Source: an uncultured Oligoflexus sp.
GTDB taxonomy: Bacteria; Bdellovibrionota_B; Oligoflexia; Oligoflexales; Oligoflexaceae
DNA length: 64,000 nt
Direction: 5' to 3'
Assembly (NCBI GenBank): GCA_964236955.1
Contig: CAXSGP010000012.1
Coordinates: 1-64,000, forward strand
The notes under the pieces were generated by a model. The model was given only the letters and a program-made list of their open reading frames with translations, did not search any database and was not told the origin of the DNA. The position numbers and the translations under genes are program-made. Numbering within the stretch: the stretch's first letter is position 1; each line of letters begins with the position of its first letter. Shown in pieces: positions 29,319 to 39,594 of the stretch.

Positions 29319-31124
29319 ATGAGCACACAATTGGACGGCTGGCAGCGTTCGCACAAGCTAAACGAACTTACCGATAAGCATGATGGGCAGAATGTCACCC
29401 TGATGGGATGGGTCCAGTCGCGTCGTGACCACGGCAATCTCATTTTTATAGATCTTCGCGATCGCTTTGGCATCACTCAAGTCGTCCTTGATCCCGCTCA
29501 TACAGCAGGCGTGATCGAAGTTGGGGAGAAGCTGCGCAACGAATATGTGCTTGCCGTTCAAGGTGTCGTTCGCAAACGACCCGAGGGCATGATCAATGCT
29601 AAGGTGACGACGGGCGCTATCGAAGTTATCGCCGATGTCGCGAAGCTTCTCAATAGCAGCGAGCCGCTGCCTTTTCAAATCCAGGACCAAACCGAGGCCA
29701 GTGAAACGATTCGCCTGAAGTATCGCTACCTCGATCTGCGCCGTCAAACGCTTAAAAACAATATCCTTACGCGTATCCAGTTCGTTCGGGAGATGCGGCG
29801 CGCCCTCGAAGACGAGAACTTTCTCGATATCGAAACACCGATGCTCTATAAATCAACTCCGGAAGGCGCGCGTGAATTTCTGGTTCCCTCACGCGTTCAC
29901 GCCGGAAAGTTTTATGCTTTGCCTCAAAGCCCCCAGCTCTTTAAGCAGGTTTTGATGATATCGGGCTTCGATCGCTACTATCAGGTGGTGAAGTGTTTCC
30001 GTGATGAGGATCTCCGCGCGGATCGACAGCCTGAGTTCTCTCAGATCGACCTTGAGATGTCTTTTGTAGATCGTGATCAAATCATGGGCACGATGGAAAC
30101 CGTGATCGGTCGCGCCTGGGAAAAGGTCACCGGGAGCAAAGTCCCGATGCCTCTGCCTCGCATGGCCTACGATCAATCGATGGAAGAATACGGAAACGAC
30201 AAACCCGATACGCGTTTCGAACTGAAGATCTCCAATCTGTCCGAGATCGTCGCCAAGTCGGAATTTAAAGTCTTTGCTAATGCCTTGAGCACGGGCGGCA
30301 TCGTCAATGCTCTCTGTGTCAAAGGTCAAAGCGAAGTTTTGACCCGCAAAGAACTCGACGAACTCGGCGAAATCGCCAAGCACCACGGTGCGGGCGGTCT
30401 GGCCTGGGCCAAGATCAAAGAAGGCAAGGGCCAGGACAGCTGGCAGTCACCGGTCGCGAAGTTTTTGACGGCCGAAGTGATCGAAGCGATCAACGCCAAG
30501 CTTGGGGCGAAGGTCGGCGATGTCATTCTTTTTGGAGCAGGCGATTATCGTTCCACGAAGGCTTCGCTCTCAGCCATACGCCTTGAGCTTGGCAAGCGCC
30601 TTCAGCTCTTTGATCCAAAACAATTCAACTTTCTCTGGGTTGTCGACTTTCCCTCGTTTGAGCGCGACCATGACAGTGGCCGCCTGATCGCCTGTCACCA
30701 CCCGTTCACTTCGCCTCGTGATGAGGATATGCACCTCCTTGAAACCGCCCCGGAAAAAGTCAAAGCCAAGGCTTACGACTTGGTCCTGAACGGTAACGAG
30801 GTGGCGGGTGGATCGATTCGTATTCACAATCAGGAGCTGCAGTCGAGAATTTTCAAACTTCTGGGTTTGAGTGGGGAAGAAGCCCAATCGAAGTTTGGCT
30901 TCCTTCTCGACGCCTTGAAATTTGGTGCACCTCCTCATGGTGGCATGGCCTTCGGCCTCGACCGTCTCGTTATGCTTCTCACCGGTTCGGAATCGATCCG
31001 TGACGTCATAGCGTTTCCAAAGACCAACAAGGCAACCGACCTTATGACCGAGGCTCCCAGTGAAGTCGGTCCCAATGAATTGCGCAATCTGCATATCCGT
31101 GTGCAGAAAATGACCCTGGAGTAA
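29319..31124 (+). CDS. aspS: Aspartate--tRNA ligase (probably non-discriminating)
   Basis: [52 protein letters not shown]. Confidence 0.97.
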   Translation: MSTQLDGWQRSHKLNELTDKHDGQNVTLMGWVQSRRDHGNLIFIDLRDRFGITQVVLDPAHTAGVIEVGEKLRNEYVLAVQGVVRKRPEGMINAKVTTGAIEVIADVAKLLNSSEPLPFQIQDQTEASETIRLKYRYLDLRRQTLKNNILTRIQFVREMRRALEDENFLDIETPMLYKSTPEGAREFLVPSRVHAGKFYALPQSPQLFKQVLMISGFDRYYQVVKCFRDEDLRADRQPEFSQIDLEMSFVDRDQIMGTMETVIGRAWEKVTGSKVPMPLPRMAYDQSMEEYGNDKPDTRFELKISNLSEIVAKSEFKVFANALSTGGIVNALCVKGQSEVLTRKELDELGEIAKHHGAGGLAWAKIKEGKGQDSWQSPVAKFLTAEVIEAINAKLGAKVGDVILFGAGDYRSTKASLSAIRLELGKRLQLFDPKQFNFLWVVDFPSFERDHDSGRLIACHHPFTSPRDEDMHLLETAPEKVKAKAYDLVLNGNEVAGGSIRIHNQELQSRIFKLLGLSGEEAQSKFGFLLDALKFGAPPHGGMAFGLDRLVMLLTGSESIRDVIAFPKTNKATDLMTEAPSEVGPNELRNLHIRVQKMTLE

Positions 31125-31128
31125 GACG

Positions 31129-32082
31129 ATGCTGTTCAACCTAGCTGACTGGTATGACTATCCCATGGGCCCTCATCTCAAGGCTTTCCTTGAGATATCG
31201 GAACGTGACTATAAGGGCGAGAACGCGCCCGCCGTGACGCCAGAGCGCCTTCGGGATTTCTCGAGTTTTCTCGTCGATTATTTCCAGGAGCACAAGCCGC
31301 AATCCAACGGCGCGTTCGTTGATCTGATCGAAGAGATGACCAGCATGGGCCTGTCGGGAGCCGTCGTCCAATTTGTCGAACTCAACGCCGAGCAGCCGAT
31401 CGATGGCGATTTTCGCGCCTGTCTCGCTTTGGGATCGGCTCTGATGCTGGAGTCCGAACTCGACGAAGCCGCTATGTTCCTCCGTCAGGCCCAGGGCCTG
31501 GCACCTTTGGAGCTTGCGCCCTATGTCAATCTCACGTCGATTTATTTTTCGATGGAACAGGACGAGGAGGCGCTGCGCTGGGCGGATAAAGGCCTGACGC
31601 TTGACGCCAACAATCCCCGACTTTGGGAAATCGTGGCTTCTATCTATATGTATGAAGACAAAGCCAAGGCTGGCGAAAGGGTTCGACTTAAGGCCGAATC
31701 CATCCTTAGCTATGCAGGTATGTCATTGGCAGCGGAGCTTATCGATCCAAATGATAGACTTCTCAAAGCGCAGCTGCTTGGCGACGCCTTTAATTCGGGC
31801 TCACGTGACGATGAATTTTTGATCGAATATACAGCAGCCCTCGGCCTGGCTGAGCAATTCGAAAAGATTCCGCAAGTGATCTGGCGTCTGGAAAACATGG
31901 AAAAGAAGACCATCCACTGGAAGCTCTATGCGCATACCGCACAAGCTTTTCTGGCGATGAATCAACAGGATGAAGCCCAGGAACTGATCCGCAAGGCGGC
32001 CCGGTCCCCGCATATTCCAGCGTCCATCATCGCCGATCTGCAGCGCGTCTATGACTCCGAAATTCAGCCGCACAGCCATTAA
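31129..32082 (+). CDS. TPR-repeat protein
   Basis: Helical repeats such as LALGSALM...AAMFLRQAQGLAP and YVNLTSIY...ALRWADKGLTLDANN. Confidence 0.7.
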   Translation: MLFNLADWYDYPMGPHLKAFLEISERDYKGENAPAVTPERLRDFSSFLVDYFQEHKPQSNGAFVDLIEEMTSMGLSGAVVQFVELNAEQPIDGDFRACLALGSALMLESELDEAAMFLRQAQGLAPLELAPYVNLTSIYFSMEQDEEALRWADKGLTLDANNPRLWEIVASIYMYEDKAKAGERVRLKAESILSYAGMSLAAELIDPNDRLLKAQLLGDAFNSGSRDDEFLIEYTAALGLAEQFEKIPQVIWRLENMEKKTIHWKLYAHTAQAFLAMNQQDEAQELIRKAARSPHIPASIIADLQRVYDSEIQPHSH

Positions 32083-32118
32083 CAACCAGACAGAGCCCGT
32101 TATTAAGGATAAGTAACT

Positions 32119-32502
32119 ATGAGTCTAATTTCCATCGCCAGCCCTGACGCTCCCGCCGCTATAGGTCCCTATTCCCAAGCGATCGTTCATAACGGGATAG
32201 TCTATTGTTCTGGCCAAATCGCCCTCGATCCGGAAACAGGGGAAATGAAGGCTATAACGATAGAGGACCAGACTCATCAGGTGATGAAGAATCTCCAGGC
32301 GGTTCTTGAGACGGCGGGATCGGGTCTGGGCGCTATCATTCGCACGACAATCTATTTGCAGAATTTAGATAATTTCGCCAAAGTAAACGAAGTTTATGCC
32401 AGTTATCTAAGCAAACCATATCCGGCCCGAGCGACAGTGGAAGTCTCGAAACTGCCGCGTGGATCACAGGTGGAAATCGATGCAATTGCAAGGCTTTTGT
32501 AG
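32119..32502 (+). CDS. ridA: RidA family enamine/imine deaminase
   Basis: APAAIGPYSQA, SGQIALDP, PARATVEVSKLP, VEIDAIA. Confidence 0.95.
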   Translation: MSLISIASPDAPAAIGPYSQAIVHNGIVYCSGQIALDPETGEMKAITIEDQTHQVMKNLQAVLETAGSGLGAIIRTTIYLQNLDNFAKVNEVYASYLSKPYPARATVEVSKLPRGSQVEIDAIARLL

Positions 32503-32803
32503 AAAATGTGGGCGTTTTCCTATCAAGTTTTATACCATATTTTCAATAGAACCCTTCGTATGGATGGACGACTCCAGGCCAGGCTTCTTTTCTGCCTAAA
32601 TCCATTTGGTCTGCAAAAAAATGTTTCCTATAAGGGTTATAATTCGCATATGTTCTCACTTAGAGTGAGAGCATTGCGAAACTCTAGAAGAGAATTTCGA
32701 AATTTCTTGGAAGCTCGCGGCGGATAGGTATTCAAAACTTGACGTCTATGTTAAGCTGAAACTGAAGCTATCATCTTTTTACGTTATAGGAATTGGGAGA
32801 CCA

Positions 32804-33268
32804 ATGAGCCGCACGCTCATGAGAAAAGCTGCTTATGCATTGGGCGTAATAGGTCTGACTGGAATGCTTGGACAAAGCATTAAAGCTGCCTTGAAACCTC
32901 CTGTGCTCACAACATATGTAGAAATCGATGGGGTGGACTTCGGACCCTTTGATGCGATCGAGGGTCTTGATAAATTTGCACGCGACGGTTTTCCCTTAGC
33001 CGAAGGTTCAAGTTTTGAAGCCATCCATCTCACCCGCGAATTCGTTACCCATCCTTCGCTTTATCTTTGGGCTAAAAACCAGACCAGTCGTAAGTATGGT
33101 CCCAAGGATATTCATCTGATCACGCAAAACGAAGATGGCGCTGTCGTTTCAAGGAAAGTTCTACAATTGTGCCAGCCACTTTCCTGGTCCGTAGAATCCT
33201 CTAACCCGTCCTTGGGTGGTTTTAATGAATCAGTGGATTTGGCCGTTCAAAAAATTTCCGTATTCTAA
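32804..33268 (+). CDS. Phage tail tube (T4 gp19/Afp1-like) homologue with N-terminal signal peptide
   Basis: YVEIDG..G.F..IEGL, IHLTREFV...LYLW, KDIHLITQNEDGAVVSR, CQPLSW and E.VDLAVQKI align by eye with the gp19-type tube pattern. Basic plus hydrophobic N-terminus; SD GGGAG. Confidence 0.7.
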   Translation: MSRTLMRKAAYALGVIGLTGMLGQSIKAALKPPVLTTYVEIDGVDFGPFDAIEGLDKFARDGFPLAEGSSFEAIHLTREFVTHPSLYLWAKNQTSRKYGPKDIHLITQNEDGAVVSRKVLQLCQPLSWSVESSNPSLGGFNESVDLAVQKISVF

Positions 33269-34634
33269 CAAGTCCTCTCGTTTTACCTCGCGGGCAACCC
33301 TTGCCGGTATCCTTGGGGGCATCGGTATCCTTGGCTGCCAGAACCTGATGCGTCCCACGCCGTCGGGCTCTGCCCCGGCTATGGCGATGGACGACAAATC
33401 GCACATTGTGGCGAGCATCAAGGTCTACCTTCAAGACGCGAATCAAAAAGAGGCCTATATTGGCGAATTCGACCGCACGACCTGCGTCGATGGTTTGCCA
33501 ACACTTTGGGTTGCGGCTTTCAAGAGCGTGTTCGGCGAGCATCGCTTCGATATGGATTTCACATCCATCGCCGATCACAAAACCAACACGATTCTTTTGA
33601 AATCAGGCCAGGAGCATTTTCAGGTTCTGGCCGATGCCTACCCGAAGGCTATCGCCTCGCAAGGTCTATGCGACTTACCTTTCCGAACGGACAGCACGCA
33701 TTTACCGGCCCACAGTGAAGCCGGCAATGAGCTGATGGCGATCCTCGGCTCGGTTGCTCCGGACTGTGCTTTTGAAACCGACAAGGATGGCAATCTCCAA
33801 TGCAGCATTACTCATGTGAATGAGCAGGATCTACGCTCGCGTCTGGATGTCTTGACCCGGAATATGTCGACTAAGTGGAATCACCAGCCCTATCTGCTGA
33901 TCCGTCGCCTTACCTTAACGAAGCAGCTATTAGAAGCCTCCGTTCAAAATGATGAACTCAAGGGCGTGCACAAATTCTGCCGCATTATCGAATTCTCTCT
34001 GCCAAACGAACTGCCGCTAAGTTTTCGTTCCAAGAACTGGCAGTCAAAAGTCTGCCATGACAAAAGTCCGGATGTAAATCTGATGATGGTTGGTCTCGAT
34101 CATGCCGTGCGCGAAATCGAATCCCTAGCCCATCGCATAGAAGACACCAGTCTGATCGGTACCTTTACCTTGGCCGTTCCGCATGACAAAAGCCCGGTCA
34201 AGGAATATTGGATCACGCTTCAGCCTCTGGATCTGCCCGTCCTGGTCAAAAGCGAGAACCCCATCCTGAGTTCTTGCGTGTGGCATCCCCTATTTGCCGA
34301 CCAGGTAGACAAGGCCCTTATCGCGATGGATTTGGGGCAGATTATTTCGTCGAGCAAAAAAAGCTTTTGTTCGCCGATTCCCGACCTGGCGAAGGCCAAG
34401 AAGGACTCCGACAACTACATACGCAGCAGCATCGCCAGCGAGATGGAATTTCCTATCGTGAATGGTCAGTCCAAACAATTGCGTCTGCCTACCGGTGATT
34501 ACAAGTTCAGCATCACCCAGCTGAATGGTCCCTTCTCCGAAGAGATGTTTACGACCGAAGAGATTATCCCTATTTCCATAGGCCAGGTAAGCTGGAAGAC
34601 GAATCGCCCGCACCTCATCATCAAAAATTGGTAA
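33225..34634 (+). CDS. Hypothetical Cys-rich lipoprotein
   Basis: LAGILGGIGILG-C lipobox and eight further Cys. The ATG at 33225 overlaps the end of the tube-like gene. Confidence 0.7.
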   Translation: MNQWIWPFKKFPYSNKSSRFTSRATLAGILGGIGILGCQNLMRPTPSGSAPAMAMDDKSHIVASIKVYLQDANQKEAYIGEFDRTTCVDGLPTLWVAAFKSVFGEHRFDMDFTSIADHKTNTILLKSGQEHFQVLADAYPKAIASQGLCDLPFRTDSTHLPAHSEAGNELMAILGSVAPDCAFETDKDGNLQCSITHVNEQDLRSRLDVLTRNMSTKWNHQPYLLIRRLTLTKQLLEASVQNDELKGVHKFCRIIEFSLPNELPLSFRSKNWQSKVCHDKSPDVNLMMVGLDHAVREIESLAHRIEDTSLIGTFTLAVPHDKSPVKEYWITLQPLDLPVLVKSENPILSSCVWHPLFADQVDKALIAMDLGQIISSSKKSFCSPIPDLAKAKKDSDNYIRSSIASEMEFPIVNGQSKQLRLPTGDYKFSITQLNGPFSEEMFTTEEIIPISIGQVSWKTNRPHLIIKNW

Positions 34635-35482
34635 GACATGGCATGAAGTTAAGTCCTGGGGGCTGTTGACGTCTGGTTTCGCCCATGTCAAGAGCTCTAA
34701 ATCCGGGATATGGAACGAATCGACCTGCTTAAGTCATGGATCCCGAAGCGAAGTCACGTTTGCTTGATATTGAACGTGAGATCTTCTCAGCCCTAGAACA
34801 GTCAGAACCCCCAAAGCATCCAGCACCAATGGGATCTCCTTGGAAATTTGGGTTCGGCGAATTCCATCGATCTCCTGGAAAAAAAACCTGACTCACAGTG
34901 ATGGCGCCCTACGGCAGGCGGGACTGGCGCTGCATAAAATACCAGTTCTGATGGCTCGATCGGCAATTTCTGGGGAGCCGCCTATCGCTGGCTCATTTAA
35001 CTACGGGCGGCAAGTTAGCCATCAAGGTTTAATGCTTATCGATAAGGCCTCACAGTAAGTCAAATATTGATAGAAAAAATAAGCCAAAATATCGCCACTT
35101 ACGCTTTTTACCCGGACATTTTTAAAATTTAGAGCGCAAGAGAGAAGATTTGCCGAAGGGCCCTTTTGGGTGGCGGCTCCCGGATTCCCGTTTCACCTCT
35201 TTACTTTATTATTATCAATGCCTTATTCATGTACACAAGGTTTGGTCCGCAGCTGCTTCCCAGCAAATTTCCCTTTTGACGAGCCCGGCAAAAATAGGCT
35301 ATAGCCATAGCTTGCTTTCGGCGTAAAATTTTCGCTAAAGCCGCCTTATATACGCGATCGAAAACTAGGGTCACGGATCATCGTTTTGCTGGAGTTCATA
35401 TTCTTGTTTCCCCCGCCCCTTGCGGTCTCGTATTTGGGCCTGAATTCATTCCTATTTCTATCCTTTACCGAGGTCTTGTCGC

Positions 35483-37045
35483 ATGTTTGATGTTCTGAGC
35501 GAAGGCTTTCGCGAAGCCAAATTAAAGCTGAAAGGCAAAGCAGTCCTCAACGAGTCCAATCTCAAGGACGCGATGGATTTGATACGCAAAAGCTTATTAG
35601 ACGCTGATGTCGAATATAGCGTTACCAAGACCTTTCTGAAGAACGTTCAGGAAAAAGCGCTTGGCCAGGAAGTTTCCACCCGCGCGGGAACCGGTGCCAA
35701 CCGCATGCAGGTCAGCCCTGCCGACCACTTTGTTCAGATTTGTCATCAAGAGCTTGAAGCCCTCATGGGCCCGGTCAATACCGATCTTAACTACGCTACG
35801 AACCGCCCCACTGTCATCATGATGGTCGGCCTTCAGGGTAGCGGTAAAACGACGAGCACGGGCAAGCTAGCCCGCTACCTCATCGAAAAACACAAGAAAA
35901 AACCTTTGCTCGTCGCTGCGGATATCTATCGACCGGCAGCGGTTCAGCAGCTTAAAGTCCTGGGCGAAAGAGTCGGCGTTCCGGTCTTTTCCAAAGAAAA
36001 CGCCTCGCCGGTTGAAATCTGCCGGGAAGCTCTGCAAAAGGCCTATGACCTCGACTGCGATATCATCCTGCTCGATACCGCCGGTCGTTTGACGATCGAT
36101 GCGGCCCTGATGCAGGAGCTTGTCGATATCAAGGCCCAAACCAAGCCTGACAATATACTTCTCGTCTGTGATGCGATGATGGGCCAGGACGCGGTGACGA
36201 CCGCCAGGTCCTTCGACGAGCAGTTGGCCCTCTCGGGCGTGATTATGACCAAGCTCGATGGTGATGCCCGCGGTGGGGCGGCCCTCAGTATCAAGGAAGT
36301 CACGGGGAAACCCATCAAATTCCTCGGTATGGGCGAAGATCTGGACCGTCTCGAAGAGTTCCGTCCCGAAGGGCTCGCCAGCCGTATCCTTGGCATGGGC
36401 GATGTCGTCGGTTTGATGGAGGACTTTCAAAAAGTTTCGGAAGGCGATCAGGAACAACAGGCTTTGAAAATGCTTCAAGGCCAGTTCAGTTACATCGATT
36501 TTTACAAACAGATCGAAATGATTCAAAAGATGGGTTCGTTGAAAGAGCTCATCGCCAAGCTCCCGATGCAGGATATGATTCCCAAGGGCGTGAATATCGA
36601 TGACAAGGAATTGACCAAGATCAAAGCTGTCATCGATTCGATGACAGCTCGCGAGCGCATTGGTCAGGACGACTTGAATCGCAGCCGTATGACCCGTATC
36701 GCGAAGGGTTCGGGTCGTGGTCTTAAAGAGATTGAAGAGCTGCACAAGCGTTTTATGTCGATGCGGCAGATGATGGGCATGTTCGGCAAGAACATGGGCG
36801 GTATGCTCGGCAAGATTCCCGGCATGGGCACTTTGAATAATCTTAACAACCTTCGCAAAATGGGTCAGTCCATGGGCGGTGGGGGAATGCCCGGCATGGG
36901 TGCTATGGGCGGCATGCCGCCTGAAATGGCGGCGATGTTTGGCGGCGGGGCCGGCGCGGCCGCACCGAAGCCGAATTTTGATCGCGACAAGCAAAAGAAA
37001 ATGCGTAAAGACGCAAAAAAAGCCCGTAAGAAAAACCGTAAATAA
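35483..37045 (+). CDS. ffh: Signal recognition particle protein
   Basis: GLQGSGKTT, DTAGR, TKLDGDARGGAALS and a Met-rich M domain. Confidence 0.97.
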   Translation: MFDVLSEGFREAKLKLKGKAVLNESNLKDAMDLIRKSLLDADVEYSVTKTFLKNVQEKALGQEVSTRAGTGANRMQVSPADHFVQICHQELEALMGPVNTDLNYATNRPTVIMMVGLQGSGKTTSTGKLARYLIEKHKKKPLLVAADIYRPAAVQQLKVLGERVGVPVFSKENASPVEICREALQKAYDLDCDIILLDTAGRLTIDAALMQELVDIKAQTKPDNILLVCDAMMGQDAVTTARSFDEQLALSGVIMTKLDGDARGGAALSIKEVTGKPIKFLGMGEDLDRLEEFRPEGLASRILGMGDVVGLMEDFQKVSEGDQEQQALKMLQGQFSYIDFYKQIEMIQKMGSLKELIAKLPMQDMIPKGVNIDDKELTKIKAVIDSMTARERIGQDDLNRSRMTRIAKGSGRGLKEIEELHKRFMSMRQMMGMFGKNMGGMLGKIPGMGTLNNLNNLRKMGQSMGGGGMPGMGAMGGMPPEMAAMFGGGAGAAAPKPNFDRDKQKKMRKDAKKARKKNRK

Positions 37046-37059
37046 GAAAGTCAGGAAAC

Positions 37060-38455
37060 GTGGATACAGTCGTAATTCAGTCGCCTAAAAAGGTTTATGT
37101 GGAAACCTGGGGTTGCCAGATGAACGTCGCCGACAGCGAGCAAATGCTATCCTCAAACCGAGCGACCGGAAGAGGCCGATCTCGTTCTCCTGAACACCTG
37201 TCATATTCGGGAAAAAGCCACGCACAAAGTCCTGAGTCGCCTCGGCAAGCTCAAGCAGATTTCAGCTGAGCATAACCCCGGAATGAAGATCGCGGTCGCC
37301 GGATGTGTAGCCCAGGCCGAAGGCAAAAAGCTCATGGACAAGGCTGCAAATATCGATATCCTGCTCGGGCCGGGGAAAATCCAGGAATTGCCTGGCCTCC
37401 TCGAAACCTATGCCCTGGACGGCAAGCGAGCGATGGCTATTGGCTTTGAAAGGCCTCCTTCCGAACGGCGCGACGATCATGAAAAACCTTCGGCCCGCAC
37501 CGCGATCGAGCTGCCGATCGCGGTGAATCCTACGGTGACGATGAAGGAAGAGATCACTCGCTTTGTTAACATCGCCCAGGGCTGCGATAATTTTTGCACC
37601 TTCTGTGTGGTTCCCTTTACCCGCGGCCGTGAGGTTTCAAGGCCCTTACAGAGCATCGTCGACGAAGTTCGGGGACTGTTGGATGAAGGCGCAAGGGAGA
37701 TTACACTGCTTGGGCAGAATGTAAATAGCTACGGCGATGACCTCGTGAGAGATGGCAGACATGTGGCTCATGCCGATGGCCCCTTCGTCGAACTCTTGGA
37801 TCGCGTGGCGCGGATGCCAGGCGTTGAACGCCTGCGTTTCACGACTTCAAACCCCCATGACTTCACCCGGTCCCTGGCCGAGTTGTTTCAAAAGCATAAG
37901 AATCTGGGTCGCTATATCCATCTACCCGTACAAGCGGGCCATGACGATCTGCTCGAACGCATGAAGCGTAAAGTCACCGTGGCCCAATACTTGGAACGCG
38001 TGAGGTGGTTACGCGACATCGACCCGGAAATGGCACTTTCCACTGATTTGATCGTAGGCTTTCCCGGTGAGACGGAGGAGGAGTTTCAAGGGACTCTCGA
38101 TCTCGTTGCTGCGGTTCGTTTCTCTTTCATTTATGCCTTTAAATACTCGCCACGCAAGGGCACAGCCGCAGCGCGCTTTCGCGATCAGATACCAGAGGCC
38201 GTCATGAGCGAACGCCTGGGCCGACTGCAGGCCCTGCAGAATGCAATAACGGTCGAGCTTAATCTCGCTGAGATCGGCAGGAAACGCCAGGTGCTTTGTC
38301 ATTATGAAAGTCGGAAGGAGGCGGGGGTATACTACGGCCGCACCGAGCAGTTCCGCCTGACTAAGATCGCCGCGCAGCGCAATCTCGTTGGCGAAACGAT
38401 TTGGGTTGAGATCACCGATGCGAACAAAACAGCTTTGGTGGGCCGACTGGTGTAA
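37060..38455 (+). pseudogene. miaB: tRNA methylthiotransferase MiaB with a frameshifting deletion near 37147
   Basis: Frame 1: TWGCQMNVADSEQM. The +1 frame continues YPQTERPEEADLVLLNTCHIREKA...AGCVAQ...GCDNFCTFCVVP and a TRAM domain. About eight codons are missing at the junction. Confidence 0.85.
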
Positions 38456-38478
38456 TCCCCGGCTCATGCTGCCAATAA

Positions 38479-38515
38479 AAAATGGGCTTTTCCTCGAATA
38501 GGAAAAGCCCATTTT
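38479..38515. terminator. Bidirectional intrinsic terminator
   Basis: Perfect 16-bp stem AAAATGGGCTTTTCCT-cgaat-AGGAAAAGCCCATTTT between convergent genes. Confidence 0.85.
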
Positions 38516-38559
38516 CGCGCTACGATGGAATCCAAACTTAACTCATTATCGATTCGATA

Positions 38560-38688
38560 CTAGGACTCTTTTCGCACCGGTATTGCGCCTGACTTCAAAT
38601 CCCGGCTCAGCTTTGCACTGTAGATAACATAGAGACCCGTGCCGAGCGTAAACAGGGAAAAACCAAGTATATAGAAAGTTGAAAACAT
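38560..38688 (-). CDS. Small single-pass membrane protein (42 aa; absent from the ORF track)
   Basis: MFSTFYILGFSLFTLGTGLYVIYSAKLSRDLKSGAIPVRKES*; SD TAAGGA upstream; lies between the DUF1573-like gene and the terminator. Confidence 0.55.
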   Translation of the reverse strand: MFSTFYILGFSLFTLGTGLYVIYSAKLSRDLKSGAIPVRKES

Positions 38689-38707
38689 AGACATTCCTTA
38701 CCAAGGG

Positions 38708-39451
38708 TTAATGCAGAGGGTTGACGTGGCCTAATACGGGAATCTGTAGATTACCGTAAGGAGCTCCTGCCGAGATCCGTATCATATCCTGAAAGGGTTG
38801 CACCGGAACCTCACCCTTCCAACGAATATGAACCTTCCAGCTATCATCCAGAGGCTCGACGTCCACATCGAGATTATCTCGATTAAATTCAACTTTCTCA
38901 ATGTTTAAAGTTTGCTGAGCAAGTCGGCGCACGATGACGATGGACTCGGCAACCTTGTTTCCCTTGGTCCAATCGAAGCGTACAAGAGGTGGTGATAAGG
39001 TGACCATCTGGCGAATTTTCGCTTTAATACGAAGACGATGCAGCTGATCCGGCTTTTTTTCATCGGTCATAATCAAAATAGTTTTATCGATAGAACCTGC
39101 AAATGATTTCGTATCTAAGACGATCTTGATAAAATCTTTCGTTCCCGCCTTTAGAAATTGTCCTGGCTTTAAAGAACTCGACACGCAGCCACAATCTTCG
39201 TGAACGCCCAGTACTTTCACAGGCCCCTCACCCTCGACAGTATAGGGAAATCGCACCTCGACTGAGGACCCCTGCGAGAGTTCACCCAGGTCCACATGCG
39301 TATTGGCAATATCCATATGCCCCACAGGCTGGAGGGCGGCTTGAATCAGATCATTTTCAGAGTCGTCCTCAGCAGCAATCGCAACCGGGCCTGACAGGGT
39401 CATGGCCAGCGCAAAAATCATCTTAAAACCTCTATCGAACAGGCGGCGCAT
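38708..39451 (-). CDS. Exported DUF1573-type Ig-like protein
   Basis: Signal peptide; DLGEL...FPYTVEG...VHEDCGCV...LKPG motif. Confidence 0.75.
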   Translation of the reverse strand: MRRLFDRGFKMIFALAMTLSGPVAIAAEDDSENDLIQAALQPVGHMDIANTHVDLGELSQGSSVEVRFPYTVEGEGPVKVLGVHEDCGCVSSSLKPGQFLKAGTKDFIKIVLDTKSFAGSIDKTILIMTDEKKPDQLHRLRIKAKIRQMVTLSPPLVRFDWTKGNKVAESIVIVRRLAQQTLNIEKVEFNRDNLDVDVEPLDDSWKVHIRWKGEVPVQPFQDMIRISAGAPYGNLQIPVLGHVNPLH

Positions 39452-39594
39452 AAAAGGATCCTTCTCGAGTCTGCAATCAGCATAGCGTTCTCAGAACCTG
39501 CCTTGGTAGTCACTGACCGTGCCGAGCAGGATTTGCCTCTCAAGGTACGAAACGCTGTGCCGATGGGAGAGGATCAAGGCCTATGAGGTGAGAG

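Noticed and set aside
35245..35275. GGAAGCAGC on the minus strand upstream of ffh as SRP RNA
   Set aside because: It lacks the preceding CAGG..GNRA helix-8 context and a long enclosing stem.
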